Shown piece by piece: positions 39,894-52,310 of a stretch of DNA of 64,000 nt. This DNA comes from Chiloscyllium plagiosum (lineage: Eukaryota). The translations under genes and the position numbers were made by a program. Numbering within the stretch: position 1 is the stretch's first letter; each line of letters starts with the position of its first letter. A model generated the notes under the pieces. That model saw nothing but the letters and a program-made list of their open reading frames with translations, did not search any database and was not told the DNA's origin. The stretch is taken from the NCBI RefSeq assembly GCF_004010195.1, contig NC_057718.1, positions 101,342,629-101,406,628 of the forward strand, written 5' to 3'.

Positions 39894-40921
39894 CCCCTGT
39901 TTAAATAAATTCTGCTTTTTTTTAAAGCTGACTGGGTTGACCAGCTGCATCACTCCTCGAATGTCCACCGTACATCTGTCTTAAAAAAACTAAGAAGTTA
40001 GGGTCTGGGCTACTCTCTTAAAACGTTTTGAGGGGGTCAGGCCTGGTCCATAACACCTCGACTGTAGCCATCCATTGCCTAGTGTCTCAGTATTCTCTCT
40101 ACATTTGAACATCCTTTAATTGTATCTGAACCTTCATTGGAGTTCATGGAAATCTTAAGAAGCAACCTTGCAAATCACTGACTTTAATTATCTTTTGCAA
40201 TTTGATTTTTTTTTCAACTTGTTAATCTTGCATGGATCTAATACAAGACTCAAGGTAGCCCACACATACCAATTAAAGGTTCCTTTCTCCTGAAATCTTC
40301 TATAAATTGTCAGTCATTATGTGCTTTGTTGATTCTTTGAGTGCATAGATGATTGCAATGGGCAACACAAAAGTGGTTTTAATCACAGCTTGTCAGCTCT
40401 GGTGAATTCTAATAAGTCTAATTGCACAGCATCATTTTATCATCTTCAACACCACTCCAGGTTTTTTTGGCTCTAGATATATATGTATATTTGTACAATA
40501 GTTCTTATATTTAAACTTTTCACATGCTTACAGGCTTTGTGTGAGTTTAAGCATCCACATCAACGTTTTGCTTTTAAGTGAAATTAGCTGCAGTCAGCTC
40601 TGAGCAAATTGGCAGCTCTTCCCAGTGATTCAGGCATTTATCAGTGCATTCAACAGGCGGATGTGTGGCTCTGGGCTTTTTCTACACTCCAGCTTGCCAA
40701 GTGCAGCAAGTTTCACTCGTTCCCAGCTAAGTCTTCCAGGAGAACAGTTGGGTGGTGTATCGCATCTGACTTCTGTGCAGATTTCTTATTCCTCGTAAGT
40801 AATGTTCCATATCTATTCTTCTGAGCAGGAGGTGATGGCCTAGTGGCATTATTTGGGGCGGCAGGGTGGCTCAGTTGTTAGCACTCTCAGCGCTAGGGGC
40901 CTGAGTTTAAGTCCCACCTCA

Positions 40922-41421
40922 NNNNNNNNNNNNNNNNNNNNNNNNNNNNNNNNNNNNNNNNNNNNNNNNNNNNNNNNNNNNNNNNNNNNNNNNNNNNNNN
41001 NNNNNNNNNNNNNNNNNNNNNNNNNNNNNNNNNNNNNNNNNNNNNNNNNNNNNNNNNNNNNNNNNNNNNNNNNNNNNNNNNNNNNNNNNNNNNNNNNNNN
41101 NNNNNNNNNNNNNNNNNNNNNNNNNNNNNNNNNNNNNNNNNNNNNNNNNNNNNNNNNNNNNNNNNNNNNNNNNNNNNNNNNNNNNNNNNNNNNNNNNNNN
41201 NNNNNNNNNNNNNNNNNNNNNNNNNNNNNNNNNNNNNNNNNNNNNNNNNNNNNNNNNNNNNNNNNNNNNNNNNNNNNNNNNNNNNNNNNNNNNNNNNNNN
41301 NNNNNNNNNNNNNNNNNNNNNNNNNNNNNNNNNNNNNNNNNNNNNNNNNNNNNNNNNNNNNNNNNNNNNNNNNNNNNNNNNNNNNNNNNNNNNNNNNNNN
41401 NNNNNNNNNNNNNNNNNNNNN
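40922..41421. other. Assembly gap (500 N)
   Basis: Run of N; preceded by a SINE head at 40855-40921. Confidence 1.
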
Positions 41422-41588
41422 TCACTGATAAGCTCATTCTTTTCTAAATATAAACAGATCCTATCTCTTAGTACCCTCTCCCAGAAACTTCCCCACCACT
41501 GACGTCAGGCTCACTGGTCTGCAGTTACCCGGAATTTCCCTACTACCCTTGTACAGGGGGACAACATAAGCTACCCTCCAGTCCTCTG

Positions 41589-41919
41589 GCACCTCACCTC
41601 TGTTTAAAGATGCCACAAAAATATCTGTCAGGGCCCCAGCTATTTCCTCTTTCCCCTCCTTCAGCAACCTGGGATAGATCCCATCCAGTCCTGGGATTTG
41701 TCCACCTTAATAACCCCTAGCCTACCCAACCCATCTTCCCTACTTATACCAACGCACCTCACCTCTGTTTAAAGATGCCACAAAGATATCTGTCAGGGCC
41801 CCAGCTATTTCCTCTCTCACCTCCTTCAGCAACCTGGGATAGATCCCATCCAGTCCTGGGATTTGTCCACCTTAATAACCCCTAGCCTACCCAACCCATC
41901 TTCCCTACTTATACCAACG
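41589..41919. repeat. 165-bp tandem duplication inside the CR1 RT
   Basis: 41589-41753 vs 41754-41918, about 3 mismatches. Confidence 0.85.
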
Positions 41920-42086
41920 TGATCCAGACTAATCAAACTTATATCTCTAATCTCAAGATTCATCATGTTCCTCTCCTCAGTGAACACTGATGCAAAGTAA
42001 TCATTCAGAATCTCACCCATTCTCTCAGGTTCGATACACAGCCTTCCTTCATTATCTTTTAGTGGACCAATCCTTTCTCTAGTTAC

Positions 42087-42803
42087 GTCACCCTGTAACC
42101 ACACCCACACCGTCAGATACTCACCCCCACACCCCACCCACCGTCACCCTGTAACCACACCCACACCGTCAGATACTCACCCCCACACCCCACCCACCGT
42201 CACCCTGTAACCACACCCACACCGTCAGATACTCACCCCCACACCCCACCCACCGTCACCCTGTAACCACACCCACACCGTCAGATACTCACCCCCACAC
42301 CCCACCCACCGTCACCCTGTAACCACACCCACACCGTCAGATACTCACCCCCACACCCCACCCACCGTCACCCTGTAACCACACCCACACCGTCAGATAC
42401 TCACCCCCACACCCCACCCACCGTCACCCTGTAACCACACCCACACCGTCAGATACTCACCCCCACACCCCACCCACCGTCACCCTGTAACCACACCCAC
42501 ACCGTCAGATACTCACCCCCACACCCCACCCACCGTCACCCTGTAACCACACCCACACCGTCAGATACTCACCCCCACACCCCACCCACCGTCACCCTGT
42601 AACCACACCCACACCGTCAGATACTCACCCCCACACCCCACCCACCGTCACCCTGTAACCACACCCACACCGTCAGATACTCACCCCCACACCCCACCCA
42701 CCGTCACCCTGTAACCACACCCACACCGTCAGATACTCACACCCACCCACCGTCACCCTGTAACCACACCCACACCGTCAGATACTCACCCCCACCCACC
42801 GTC
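42087..42803. repeat. Homogeneous C/A-rich minisatellite: 11 x 56 bp + 2 x 49 bp
   Basis: Unit gtcaccctgtaaccacacccacaccgtcagatactcacccccacaccccacccacc; starts at 42087, 42143, 42199 ... 42703, 42752. Confidence 0.95.
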
Positions 42804-43108
42804 CTGTCTGAAGCGTCTATATCCTGGAACATTTAGTTGCCAATCATCATGCCCTTTCCTCAACCAAGTCTCTGTGATGGCAATAACGTCATACTCCCAG
42901 GCACCAATCCAAGCCCTAAGTCCATCTGCCTAACACACTATACTCCTTGCATTAAAGTAGATGCATTTCAGGCCACCAGTTCTTTTGTGTTCACCTGCTC
43001 TCTGCCTATTCTTCCCATTATTAATACTATCTTCATAATTCTTACAGTCTCCAGTCTCCACCTCGCTGCCGACTTGTTTTCTCTTCTGGCTCCCAGCCCC
43101 CTGCCACA

Positions 43109-44048
43109 TTAGCTTAAAACCTCCCCAACAGCAGTAGCAAAAATTCCCCCAAGGACGTTGATTAAAGTCTGGTTTAGATGTAGACTGTTCCTTTTGTAAT
43201 AGGCCCACCTTCCCCAGAACCGGTCCCAATGTCCAACAAATCTGAACGCCTCCCTCCTACACCATCTCTCAAGCCATGTGCTCATCCTGCCTATTTTTTC
43301 ATTTCTACGCTGGCTAGCACGTGGCACTGGTAGTAATCCCGAGATCACTACCTTTGAGGTCCTCCCCTTTAACATTTCTCCTAGCTCCCTGAATTCTTCT
43401 TTCAGGACCTCTTTTCGCTTTCTACTTATATCGTTGGTGCCTATATGCACCACAACCACTGGCTGTTCACCCTCCCCTTCTAGAATGCTCTGCAGCCAAT
43501 CGGTGACATCCCTGACCCGTGCACCTGGCAGGCAACATACCATCCGGGAGTCCCGTTTTCTGCCACAGAACCGCCTATCTACTCCCCTCACAATAGAATC
43601 CCCTCTGATTATGGCCCTACGAGTCTTTTTCCCGCCCTTCTGAACAGTAGTGCCCGCCACGGTGCCATGATCTTGACCACTGCTGCCCTCTCCTGGTGAG
43701 CGATCTCCCCCAACAGTATCCAAAACGGTGTACCTGTTTTGGAGGGAGATGACCGCTGGGGACACCTGCACTGCTTTCCTTATCTTTTTCTGTCTTTTGG
43801 TCACTGTCTCCCTCAGCAATTCTAACCTGCGGTGTGACCAGTTCACTAAACGTGCTATCCAAGACCTCCTCAGCATCGCGGATGCTCCACAGTGAGTCCA
43901 TCTGCAGATCCAGAGCCGTCATGCGGTCAAACAAGAGCTGCAGCTGGACACACCTCTTGCAAGTGTAAGAGTCAGGAACATCAGACACGTTCCCAAGCTC
44001 CCACATCAAGCAAGAGTCACATGCCATGGGTCTGAGGTCCCCTGCCAT
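43109..44048 (-). pseudogene. CR1 ORF1 (zinc finger + SGNH/GDSL esterase domain), frameshifted
   Basis: MAGDLRPMACDSCLMWE..YTCKRC (CxxC..CxxC); GDSIVRG, CLPGARV, VVHIGTND, LHLN esterase blocks; split over two frames. Confidence 0.88.
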
Positions 44049-44431
44049 TGTAAGCGTAGCTTTACATGAACTAACTGAAACCAAACAATGCACTTAACTA
44101 AATGAAAAAGAAAGATAAGAAATAAAAGCCTTACCTTGCAGGGTCTTTTTCTTCCGGTTAGAGGAGGGGGTGGGGGGCAGGAGGGAGATACTACACGTGT
44201 GTTATCTCGGGCTTAGCCACTGCCCAAATATATATTAAACCCTTACCTTCCCGGCAGCCTTTACTTCACTCCTCGCCGCCCTGCCTAAATGGAGGCCCGA
44301 CTCCCGAGGTAAGTACCTTTTAATGCGGGAAAATGTACCCTTCCCAGCAGCCTTTGCTTCACTCCTGACACTTCGAAGGGTCAGTGTGAACTTCCTTGGT
44401 CAAAAGGCCTAGTTCTACACTGTTGGGATTC

Positions 44432-44872
44432 TATGATGAAGACCTGGACAACATTCAGGGTTCAGTTACTAACATTCATGCCACATGAGTACCAGACAAT
44501 AACCATCGCCAACAAGGGAGATTCTAACCATTCTCTCCTAGGCATTACTATTGTTGAATCCTCCACCACTAACATTCTGGGGGTTTCCACTAGCCAGAAA
44601 CTTAACTGGAGAAGCCAGATAAGTACCTATGGATTCAGGAATCAGTTTCGAGACTGGAAATTCTGCGGCTAGTAACTCACCTCTTATCTTCCGAAAGCCA
44701 TCCACTATCTACAAGACTTAAGTCAGAATACTCCCCATTCATCTGGATGAGTGCAGCTCCAAGACAAGCATCCTGTTTGGCTGCACCCTGTTCACCATGT
44801 TGAACTTTCACTCCCTCCACCTCTGATGCATAGGAGAAGTAGTGTGTACCATCTACAAGATGCACTGGTGCA
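44432..44872 (+). mobile_element. L2/CR1-clade LINE 3' fragment (continues at ~45634)
   Basis: Same family as 15905-18650 (acattcatgccac, gtgtaccatctacaagatgcactg). Confidence 0.65.
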
Positions 44873-44881
44873 CTCTAGGTT

Positions 44882-45633
44882 TGTAATATGTTGTTATTAT
44901 TTGGGAATCTGGAGTGAAAATAGATTTTACTTTTCAGTTCTGTGAAAGTTATTTTTATATACAAAAATCATAAAGTCAGTTTGGACATTGAACCGAAGAC
45001 AACTTTTCCAAAACAACACGTGACTTAAGTGACTCAAACTGCTGCCTGGGAGTTAATCATTAAATGTTTACAATGTGGTGCTTCATGACACAGCAACACA
45101 AGAGCAGAGGCCACTACTATGTTGAGTTCAGAGAAAGCGAGGTCATCCTAGTAACAGTTCTGTAGCTTTTAGAAGTCTTTTGGCTGTGAAAGTTGGTGGA
45201 AATCTCCCGTGTGTCAGAATTTGGAAGCAATGTGCAGGCCATCAGAGCTGTCAAGATGCCATAAGTTGCTACAAAGAGAAGGACTGGGTGGAGGCATTTG
45301 AGTTAGAAGTTAAAGAGCTGAGATAGAAATCAGCATTCATTGGGATTGAGTGTTTGTGAAGGATATTATTTGGAAAAGAGTTGAATATTCTTTTCCTGTT
45401 AATGTTAAGATCTTTCAAAATTGATCTATCTATGTGCAATATACACATACCTATTTCTTCTATGTAATAAACTTGTGTACCTTTGTTAAGAGATCACTGA
45501 CAACCTTTTGTGAACATGCTCAATGATTGAACACTTACAGTGACCAAACTTAAATAAATATTCTAACCTGTTAAGCCATTTTTCGCTCTGAGTTATGGCC
45601 TGTCTGGTATTATCATCAGCTGGGATCACAACA
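44882..45633 (+). mobile_element. LTR-like repeat (TG...CA, internal AATAAA)
   Basis: Begins tgtaat, ends gatcacaaca, interrupts a LINE fragment; related to 19400-20243; no clean TSD. Confidence 0.45.
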
Positions 45634-45860
45634 GTGCAAAAACCTACCAAGCCACTTCCAACAGCACCTTCCATTCTATGTCCCCTATCACCTACAGGCC
45701 AAGACAGGTACAGGGAAATATTACCACCCACAACCTCGCATCCAAGTCACACATTTTGTTGTTCTTTCCATGTCACTGGGTCAGTATCCTGGAATTAACT
45801 TCCACATTATGGGTGGCCCTACCCCACCAGTACAGCAATGGCTACAGAAGGTAGCCTTAG

Positions 45861-46056
45861 TGTGGAGGTGCCAGTGTTGGACTGAGGTGGGGAAAATCAA
45901 AAGTCACACGACACCAGGTTATAGTCCAACAGGTTTATTTAAAATCACAAGCTTTCGGAGCATTTACGTCAAGCAAAGTTGCAGTGATCCAAAAGCTTGC
46001 GACTTCAAGTAAACCTGTTGGACTATAACCTGCTGTTGTGCGACTTTTGACCTTGG
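45861..46056. mobile_element. PLE family B inverted pair
   Basis: caggttatagtccaacaggtttat / taaacctgttggactataacctg arms. Confidence 0.7.
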
Positions 46057-46333
46057 CTGCAGAATGCAACTCACCATCCCCTCCAAGGGCAATTAGGGCT
46101 GGGTGAATTGCATATCCCATGCATGAATAAATGGAAAACAGTAAAGGTAACAATGCAGTGATTTAGTGGAGGAATTCATTTTTGGAATGGCTTATTTATG
46201 ATGAGTGTGAGAGATTTAAGAGAAATTGCATAATGGCTGGAGGTGACACAGTCACAGTGGGCTAGAGGGTTTCCTGCTTTGCTGTTACGTTCCACGATCC
46301 TGATGGAATATCTTTGTTCCTTTTTGTTTTCAG

Positions 46334-46455
46334 ATATCATCCACACCGTGGGACCTATAGCAAGAGGGAGCTGCGATGAGCGTCTCAAACGTCAGCTGAG
46401 AAACTGCTACGAGGCTTCCCTCAAACTGTTGGAGACGCAGGGGTTGAAATCTATT
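46334..46455 (+). CDS. Internal coding exon of a MACROD1/MACROD2-family mono-ADP-ribosylhydrolase (macrodomain) gene; paralog not resolved
   Basis: Polypyrimidine tract + cag acceptor (46331-46333) and gtaagt donor (46456). The 122 nt read (xAT)-IIHTVGPIARGSCDERLKRQLRNCYEASLKLLETQGLKSI, matching the MacroD motif YVIHTVGPI..L..CY..SL.L....L(R/K)S(V/I), which precedes AFPCISTG. Phase 1 in / phase 0 out, as I recall for the vertebrate MACROD exon. Confidence 0.9.
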
Positions 46456-47162
46456 GTAAGTGTTACTCAGGGAGGTGTCTAGCTCGCTCAAATCTGTTAA
46501 TGATTTGTATAACGGAGTTGGGCCTCCTGAATCTCAAAGTGAGAACTTCAAAGGAGCCTCAGTTTATCGAGAAAATTAGGGCATGGAACTGCAGATCCTC
46601 CCACATGGAGTAGAAATTGACTGTACCATTAATTTAGCATGTGTTAAGTAACAATTGTAGGTTCACATCATTAATGTTTCTTCTGCAATTTAGAGCAATC
46701 CAGTTTTCTGGTCTCTGAATCTGACAATTTTAAGCCGAATGAGCTTGGATGGTGTCCCTGTCAGCCCACTCTGTACATACCCCACGCATGGATTCTGTGC
46801 AATTGTTCGTATTGCATTTGTAATGCTGTGTGGGCGTACAGTCTGCTGTCTACATGTGGGCTAATGCACTATGCTCGGTGCACTGTGTGCAGATACTAAA
46901 TCCTACACGTTCAGATTACATGGGACTGCCAAGTGGTCTGGACAAATGCTGCTAAAATCAAACCAGATACCTGAGGTAACAAGCACAGTCTCACAGAGAT
47001 TATACCAGACACTGCAGCTTGTTTCATTCTGTTCAATGAAATTGTGCAATCCTCCTTGGTCGGAATTCTTGGTAAAGCTTTAGTGATTCCACTGATCTCT
47101 ACCAATCTTTTTGAGCTTAATTGGGGCAATATACTCTGGCCACAAGCCTAGTTGGGAACAAG

Positions 47163-47420
47163 GAGTGGCATGATTGGCTCAGTAGTTAATACTGATTCCA
47201 CACAGCACCAGGGACCCCGGTTCAATTCCATCCTCAGGTGACTGTCTGTGTGGAGTTTGTACATTCTCCCCGTGTCTGCGTGGGTTTTCTCCGGGTGCTC
47301 CGGTTTCCTCCCACAGCCCAAAGATGTGCAGGTTAGCTGGATTGGCCATGCTAAATTATCCCGGGATGTGCGGGCTATGCATTGGAAATGCATGGTGGCA
47401 GAGGTGGGTATGGGAGGGAT
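47163..47420 (+). mobile_element. HE1-like tRNA SINE
   Basis: B box ggttcaattcc and conserved core. Confidence 0.8.
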
Positions 47421-48829
47421 TGGAGGAGACTCATGTGGAATACACACACCAGCACAGATTAATTTTACTTTTCTTTATTCTTACATGGGATGTGGGGATC
47501 ACTGGCCAGGCTGGCATTAATGCCAATTCCTAATTGCCCCTTGAACTGTGTGGCAGTTAAGAGTCAACCACATTGCCATGGATCTGGAGTCACATGTACC
47601 CAGACAGCATAAGGATGTAAGATTGCCTCCCCTGAAGGGGATTAATAAATCAAATGCTGTTTTTGTTTGTGACAATCAACAATGGTTTCATCGCCATTTG
47701 TACAAGGGCTGGGTTTTAAAGACAGATTTTCAATTATAATCCTGCCATGGTGGGAAATAAAGGCAGAACATTTGAAAGCCTGGGCAGTTCTAACCCTGTG
47801 ACAATATATGGCACCATCTTCACTCCCAACCTCCGGACTGGGCTATTTCAGTGCTGTACGCCTGAGGTAATTTCTCTGTCCAGGACACAAAGTGCAATTC
47901 AACCTCCACAAACAAAATGAAGGTTGGAATGTGATGTAGAACATATTTAAACGCATTATATCCAGTGACATAACTTTTTAAAATATTTTTTATTTTTATT
48001 ATTCATTTTTGGGCTGTGGGTATCCTGGCTGTGCCAACATTTATTGCCCATCTCCAATTCCCCTTTGATCTGAATGACCTGCTGTATAAGAGATAAGAGT
48101 CAGCCATTTTACAGTCACATGTAAGCCTGACCAGGTAAGGATGACAGATTTCCTTCCCTGAAGAGTATTAGTGAATCAGATGGGTTTTTATGACAATCGT
48201 CAATGGTTATGTGTTTGCCATTAAGGTAGGTTTTTCTTCCAGAGCTTTGTTGAATTCACCACCATTTGCCAAGATGGGATTCAGCAGAGCATTAGTATGA
48301 GTTTCTGGAGTATTAACCCAGTGACATTACAATTACGTCACTTTGCCTCCCCCAGATATTCTCTACAGAGAGCTGGTATGAACCAAATAGCCCCCTTCTA
48401 TACATTTTTATACTTTCTGATCAACCTGTTGAGAAATGTTATTTACACACCTCTGAAGCAGGTGGGATTTGAATGGTTCACCTGACAAAGCAACAGCCCT
48501 CCAAACGCTAGTGATTTCAAATCAACCTGTTGGACTATAACCTGGTGTCAGGTGACTTCTGACTTCCTCCTCCAAGTGCAACTTACAACAGGTCGGATTT
48601 TCCAAATTCGGCTCAATTTGAAATCCTGACAAAGCACGCTAACAGTTAACAGAATCATGGTGATCTATGTTTGGCCGATGGCAGAGTGAGCAGGGATTAG
48701 ATGGGGCGTGATTTAAAAGGTGATTAGAAAAGGGTTAGTACAAGAATGCTGCAGATTTATTGAACATTTCCATCACTGCGTTCTGTCCTCTATCCCATTC
48801 CCTGCCCTCTTGGAAAAGGTTTCCTCGAG

Positions 48830-49027
48830 TCATAGTACAGCATGGAAACAGACCCTTCGGTCCAACTCTTCCATGCCGACTAGACATGCTAAACTAATCT
48901 AGTCCCATTTGCCAGCACTTGGCTCATATCCCTCTAAGCCTTCCCATTCATAGACCCATCCAGATGCCTTTTAAATATTGTATTGTACCAGCCTCCACCA
49001 CATCCTCTGGCAGCTCATTTCCATACA
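48830..49027 (-). mobile_element. CR1 3' end fragment
   Basis: ggaaacagacccttcggtccaac..agtcccatttgcc. Confidence 0.8.
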
Positions 49028-50827
49028 CTTCTACTTCATGATCTGAATGAGCAATAGAGTCTGACACTCGTGTGACTTTCTACTGGACCCTTCTGCTGCC
49101 ATTTGCTGTGACTTTGAGGAGGGCATTGTAAAACAGGATGAAAAGCATTCTGCAAATTCCTGATGATTGAGCTGATAAACCGCTGTGTCAGCGTTTACAA
49201 TTTCTGCCGGAATTGCTGCTGTGGGAGTCGAGGCTGGGTTTTTTTCAGTGTGAAGAAAGCATAATTCACCACTTAGCTGTCACTTACCCCCATGCCACCT
49301 CTTCCACTGCTAGTAAAGAAGTCTGAGACTTTTTTTAACGCAATGTTTACATTGCTGTTAGCCAAGAAGCTTTAAGTGCCTACATTTTACAAACTGAAGA
49401 GGCCTCTTGAGGAACGCAAAGTCATTCCATAATCAAGGCATCTTGAAAACTTAATACTGAGCAATCTTCCTGCTGTTTGAACAGCCCTCACTTTGTCAAC
49501 TTGGTGACCCTGAAACCCTGCTCTATCTGTTGGGTGAAGAAGCCATTCCTCAATTCCTCAGCCTGTTGTACCTTTTATCTACGGTGTCTGCCAACACAGA
49601 GGTTAGATTACAGCAGAGTGAAAGTGCAGCGGATCAGAATTGAGTGGGCCACTCCATTTGAACAATCTACAAACACAAGCTTTGTGAGACTGACCACAGA
49701 CAGGGGAGTGCAAAGTCGATTCTGACAAACGGTGATATGAACCCAGCAAGTGTCCAGGCTGTAGCTTGTAAGAATCTGTCAGAATTGGTGATCAACTCAA
49801 GAGCTCCTTCGTGAGAAAAAAACAAGAGATTGTCTCGCTGCCAAATTCATGATAATAAAGAACCCATTACCAGAGGTGGTCTTATTGCTGAAAGTCACAG
49901 CAGCTCTCAGAGAGCTTGTGTATCTAATCTGAATATTTTACTTGTCTGCCTTCCTTATATCCCCAGGACATGTATAACCCTAGCTCACACTTTGTTTATC
50001 AGTCACTGTGCAAAGTGCTGCCTTGTGCCACAGGCACCCAATACAAATTTAGAACTGTCAGTGTCCAGTGTATGGCATCTGTACAAACACTCAGCACTCC
50101 TCACAAATTCCTACAGGTGGTACAAATGTTTTATGGGATCTTTGGTAATGATTAGTGTTTGTGTTAAAGGAGAGTCATGGGGGCTGGCAGCAGCCTGAAG
50201 GGGATAATTGGTGGCATGGTTGACAGGACGGATGTCAGGCAATACTTTGGACATTGTCTCCTAATTAATATTTGTGGAGCTCCTAAAGGTCATTTAAAAA
50301 TGCTGCACCATCATTTATTGCTCCTTATTACTGAGCTGTGTACTGTTTGAATGTAAATTGTTAATAATAAGTGCAGTCTAGACCCAATTAGCACAATTAA
50401 AGGTTCTAGCAATATGTTGTTCAGCTTCAATTAACATTCAAGTGAAAGTTAATTATCACTTTTTAACCAAATAAAATGTTTAATTAGGTCTGCGTTCTAG
50501 AAAAGGAACCAAATTAACTTTATGTTTTAAATATACAAGTCATAAGAGACCAGAGAAATGGTCGATTCAATTCTTCTGTTTCTCTTTGTAGTGATGGGTT
50601 GGGAAAGCAACATATAGCAGGCCCATGCTATCAAAACAGTAAAGGGACTCTTCAGTTGCAGTGGTAGAGTCCCTACCTCTGAGCTAGACAGCGCTGGTTT
50701 AAGTCCCACCTCCTGCAGAGGTGTGTAATAACATCTCTGAGCAGATTGGTTAGAAAATCTCTATAAATGTAGCAAGCCAATGATATAAATTCATGGCTGT
50801 GAATCTTGAATATCACCTTTTCTTTGA

Positions 50828-51013
50828 TCTGGAGGTGCTAGTGTTGGACTGGGATGGACAAGGACAGAAGTCACATGATACCAGGTTATAGTCCAACAGG
50901 TTTATTTGAAATCACAAGCTTTCGGAGCGCTGCCTCTTCATCAGGTGAAGTGAACGTGATGAAGGAGCAGTGCCTGTTGGACTATAACCTGGTGTCGTGT
51001 GACTTCTGACCTT
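50828..51013. mobile_element. PLE family B inverted pair; hammerhead core 50912-50948 (-)
   Basis: ucac CUGAUGA a gaggc agc gcucc GAAAG CUU guga; stem I ucac/guga. Confidence 0.75.
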
Positions 51014-52310
51014 TTCTTTGACCAGCCTCCTGACACTTCCTGACTCAAATCCCTACAGTCCTTCAGCTCTGGCCTCTTGCTCGCCTCGCCTTTATTCTTG
51101 GAAGTCTGCCTTTGTCTATATAGACACAAGGTTGGTCTGCCTTAACTTCAATCTCCTCCAATCAGAATTGTTCCTGCGGCCTACCCTTTCACCAAGCTTT
51201 TGGCCACTCCTCCTTCAGTGGCTGGATGTCATGCCTGGTCTGATAAGGTTTCTACGCACTGACTTGGGAGTGTTCTACCTCCTTCGAAACGATTTGAAAA
51301 CATAGGAAATAGGAGCAGAATGAGGCCGTTCAGCCCCTCTAGAGTGTAAAGCCATTCAAAGAGATCATGGTTAATCATCTGTCTATATGTCACTATTCCA
51401 GTTTCCCTTGATGGCATCTCCAGATGTTTATCAGTTTCCGTGTTGAACATGCACAATGATTGAGCTTCCTCGGCCCCCGCAGACGATCACTCATCAGTGA
51501 AGAAATGCCTCCTCATCTCAAGCTTAAATAGTCTCCCTCTTATTTTGAGACTGTGCACACTCTTTCTGGACTTACCAGCCTGGGGAAACATCCTGGCAGT
51601 CTCTGTACAACTGCAGCAAGACATCTTCCCTCCTGCACTGGACATATAAATGTGATTTGTTGTTGCTGAGGGTCACACGTTAGGCATGTGGATAAGACCG
51701 AGTCCCGAAGCAAGGTTGGCACCAATTATATAACGGGGAAAGAGGAAAATATTACCAGAAGAGAGAGTAAGAGGCTAAACTGCATTATGGACGTTTACTT
51801 GTTTCCTGTCAAAACACTTGCCAATTGAGTACTGATTCTGGGCAATGTCGGGGAATTTAATTGTGTTAATTTTCAAACACTGACAAGGGGGTAATTTTGC
51901 CAGAAGTTCCATTTTCAACAGATGTGATGAACCTTTTAAACACATATAGGCAATTTTAATCACAGGACTAAGCGCTTCAATTAAAAATGCTCTTTTTTTT
52001 GCGATAAGCCCATTTTCAGCTGTATTAATAAAATTTCACCAAGCTATCACTCTTCTCGAGGAATATTTTTAAACCAACTTTTAAAAATCACGTTCAAATT
52101 CTGAGTTGCATAGCCTGAATTTTGACTAGTTCAGAGATAAGGACACTGCCGCTGCAACAGAAGAACCCCATTGGCTATTCTGCTCTCAAGGGTTTGCCAT
52201 ATGATGTTTTCCCAACCCCATCAGCCCTATTTTAGAACTGGTTAATTCATCATAAATAGAAACAGGAGAATTGAACATGCGCATCATTGATTAAATTGTC
52301 AAACTCCGAA

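Larger units (their letters stand above)
41422..44370 (-). mobile_element. CR1 LINE 5' half (5' UTR, ORF1, ORF2 start, RT N-part), running into the gap
   Basis: ORF1 below; GLKCIYFNARSI (APE start, ~42930-42970); TRERIGPLKD..YFASVFTEE; PEDWRVAYVVPLYK..RPVSLTSVVGK. Confidence 0.9.

Noticed and set aside
40853..41437. Long ORFs of 172-191 aa
   Set aside because: They are artefacts of translating the 500-N gap.
42087..42803. CRISPR-like regular array
   Set aside because: Units are head-to-tail with no unique spacers, there are no cas genes, and the context is vertebrate.
43109..43876. Cellular SGNH esterase gene
   Set aside because: It is the frameshifted CR1 ORF1, directly upstream of the CR1 APE start.
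46243..46482. 79-aa stand-alone ORF
   Set aside because: Only 46334-46455 is MacroD-like and bounded by splice sites; the rest is intron.
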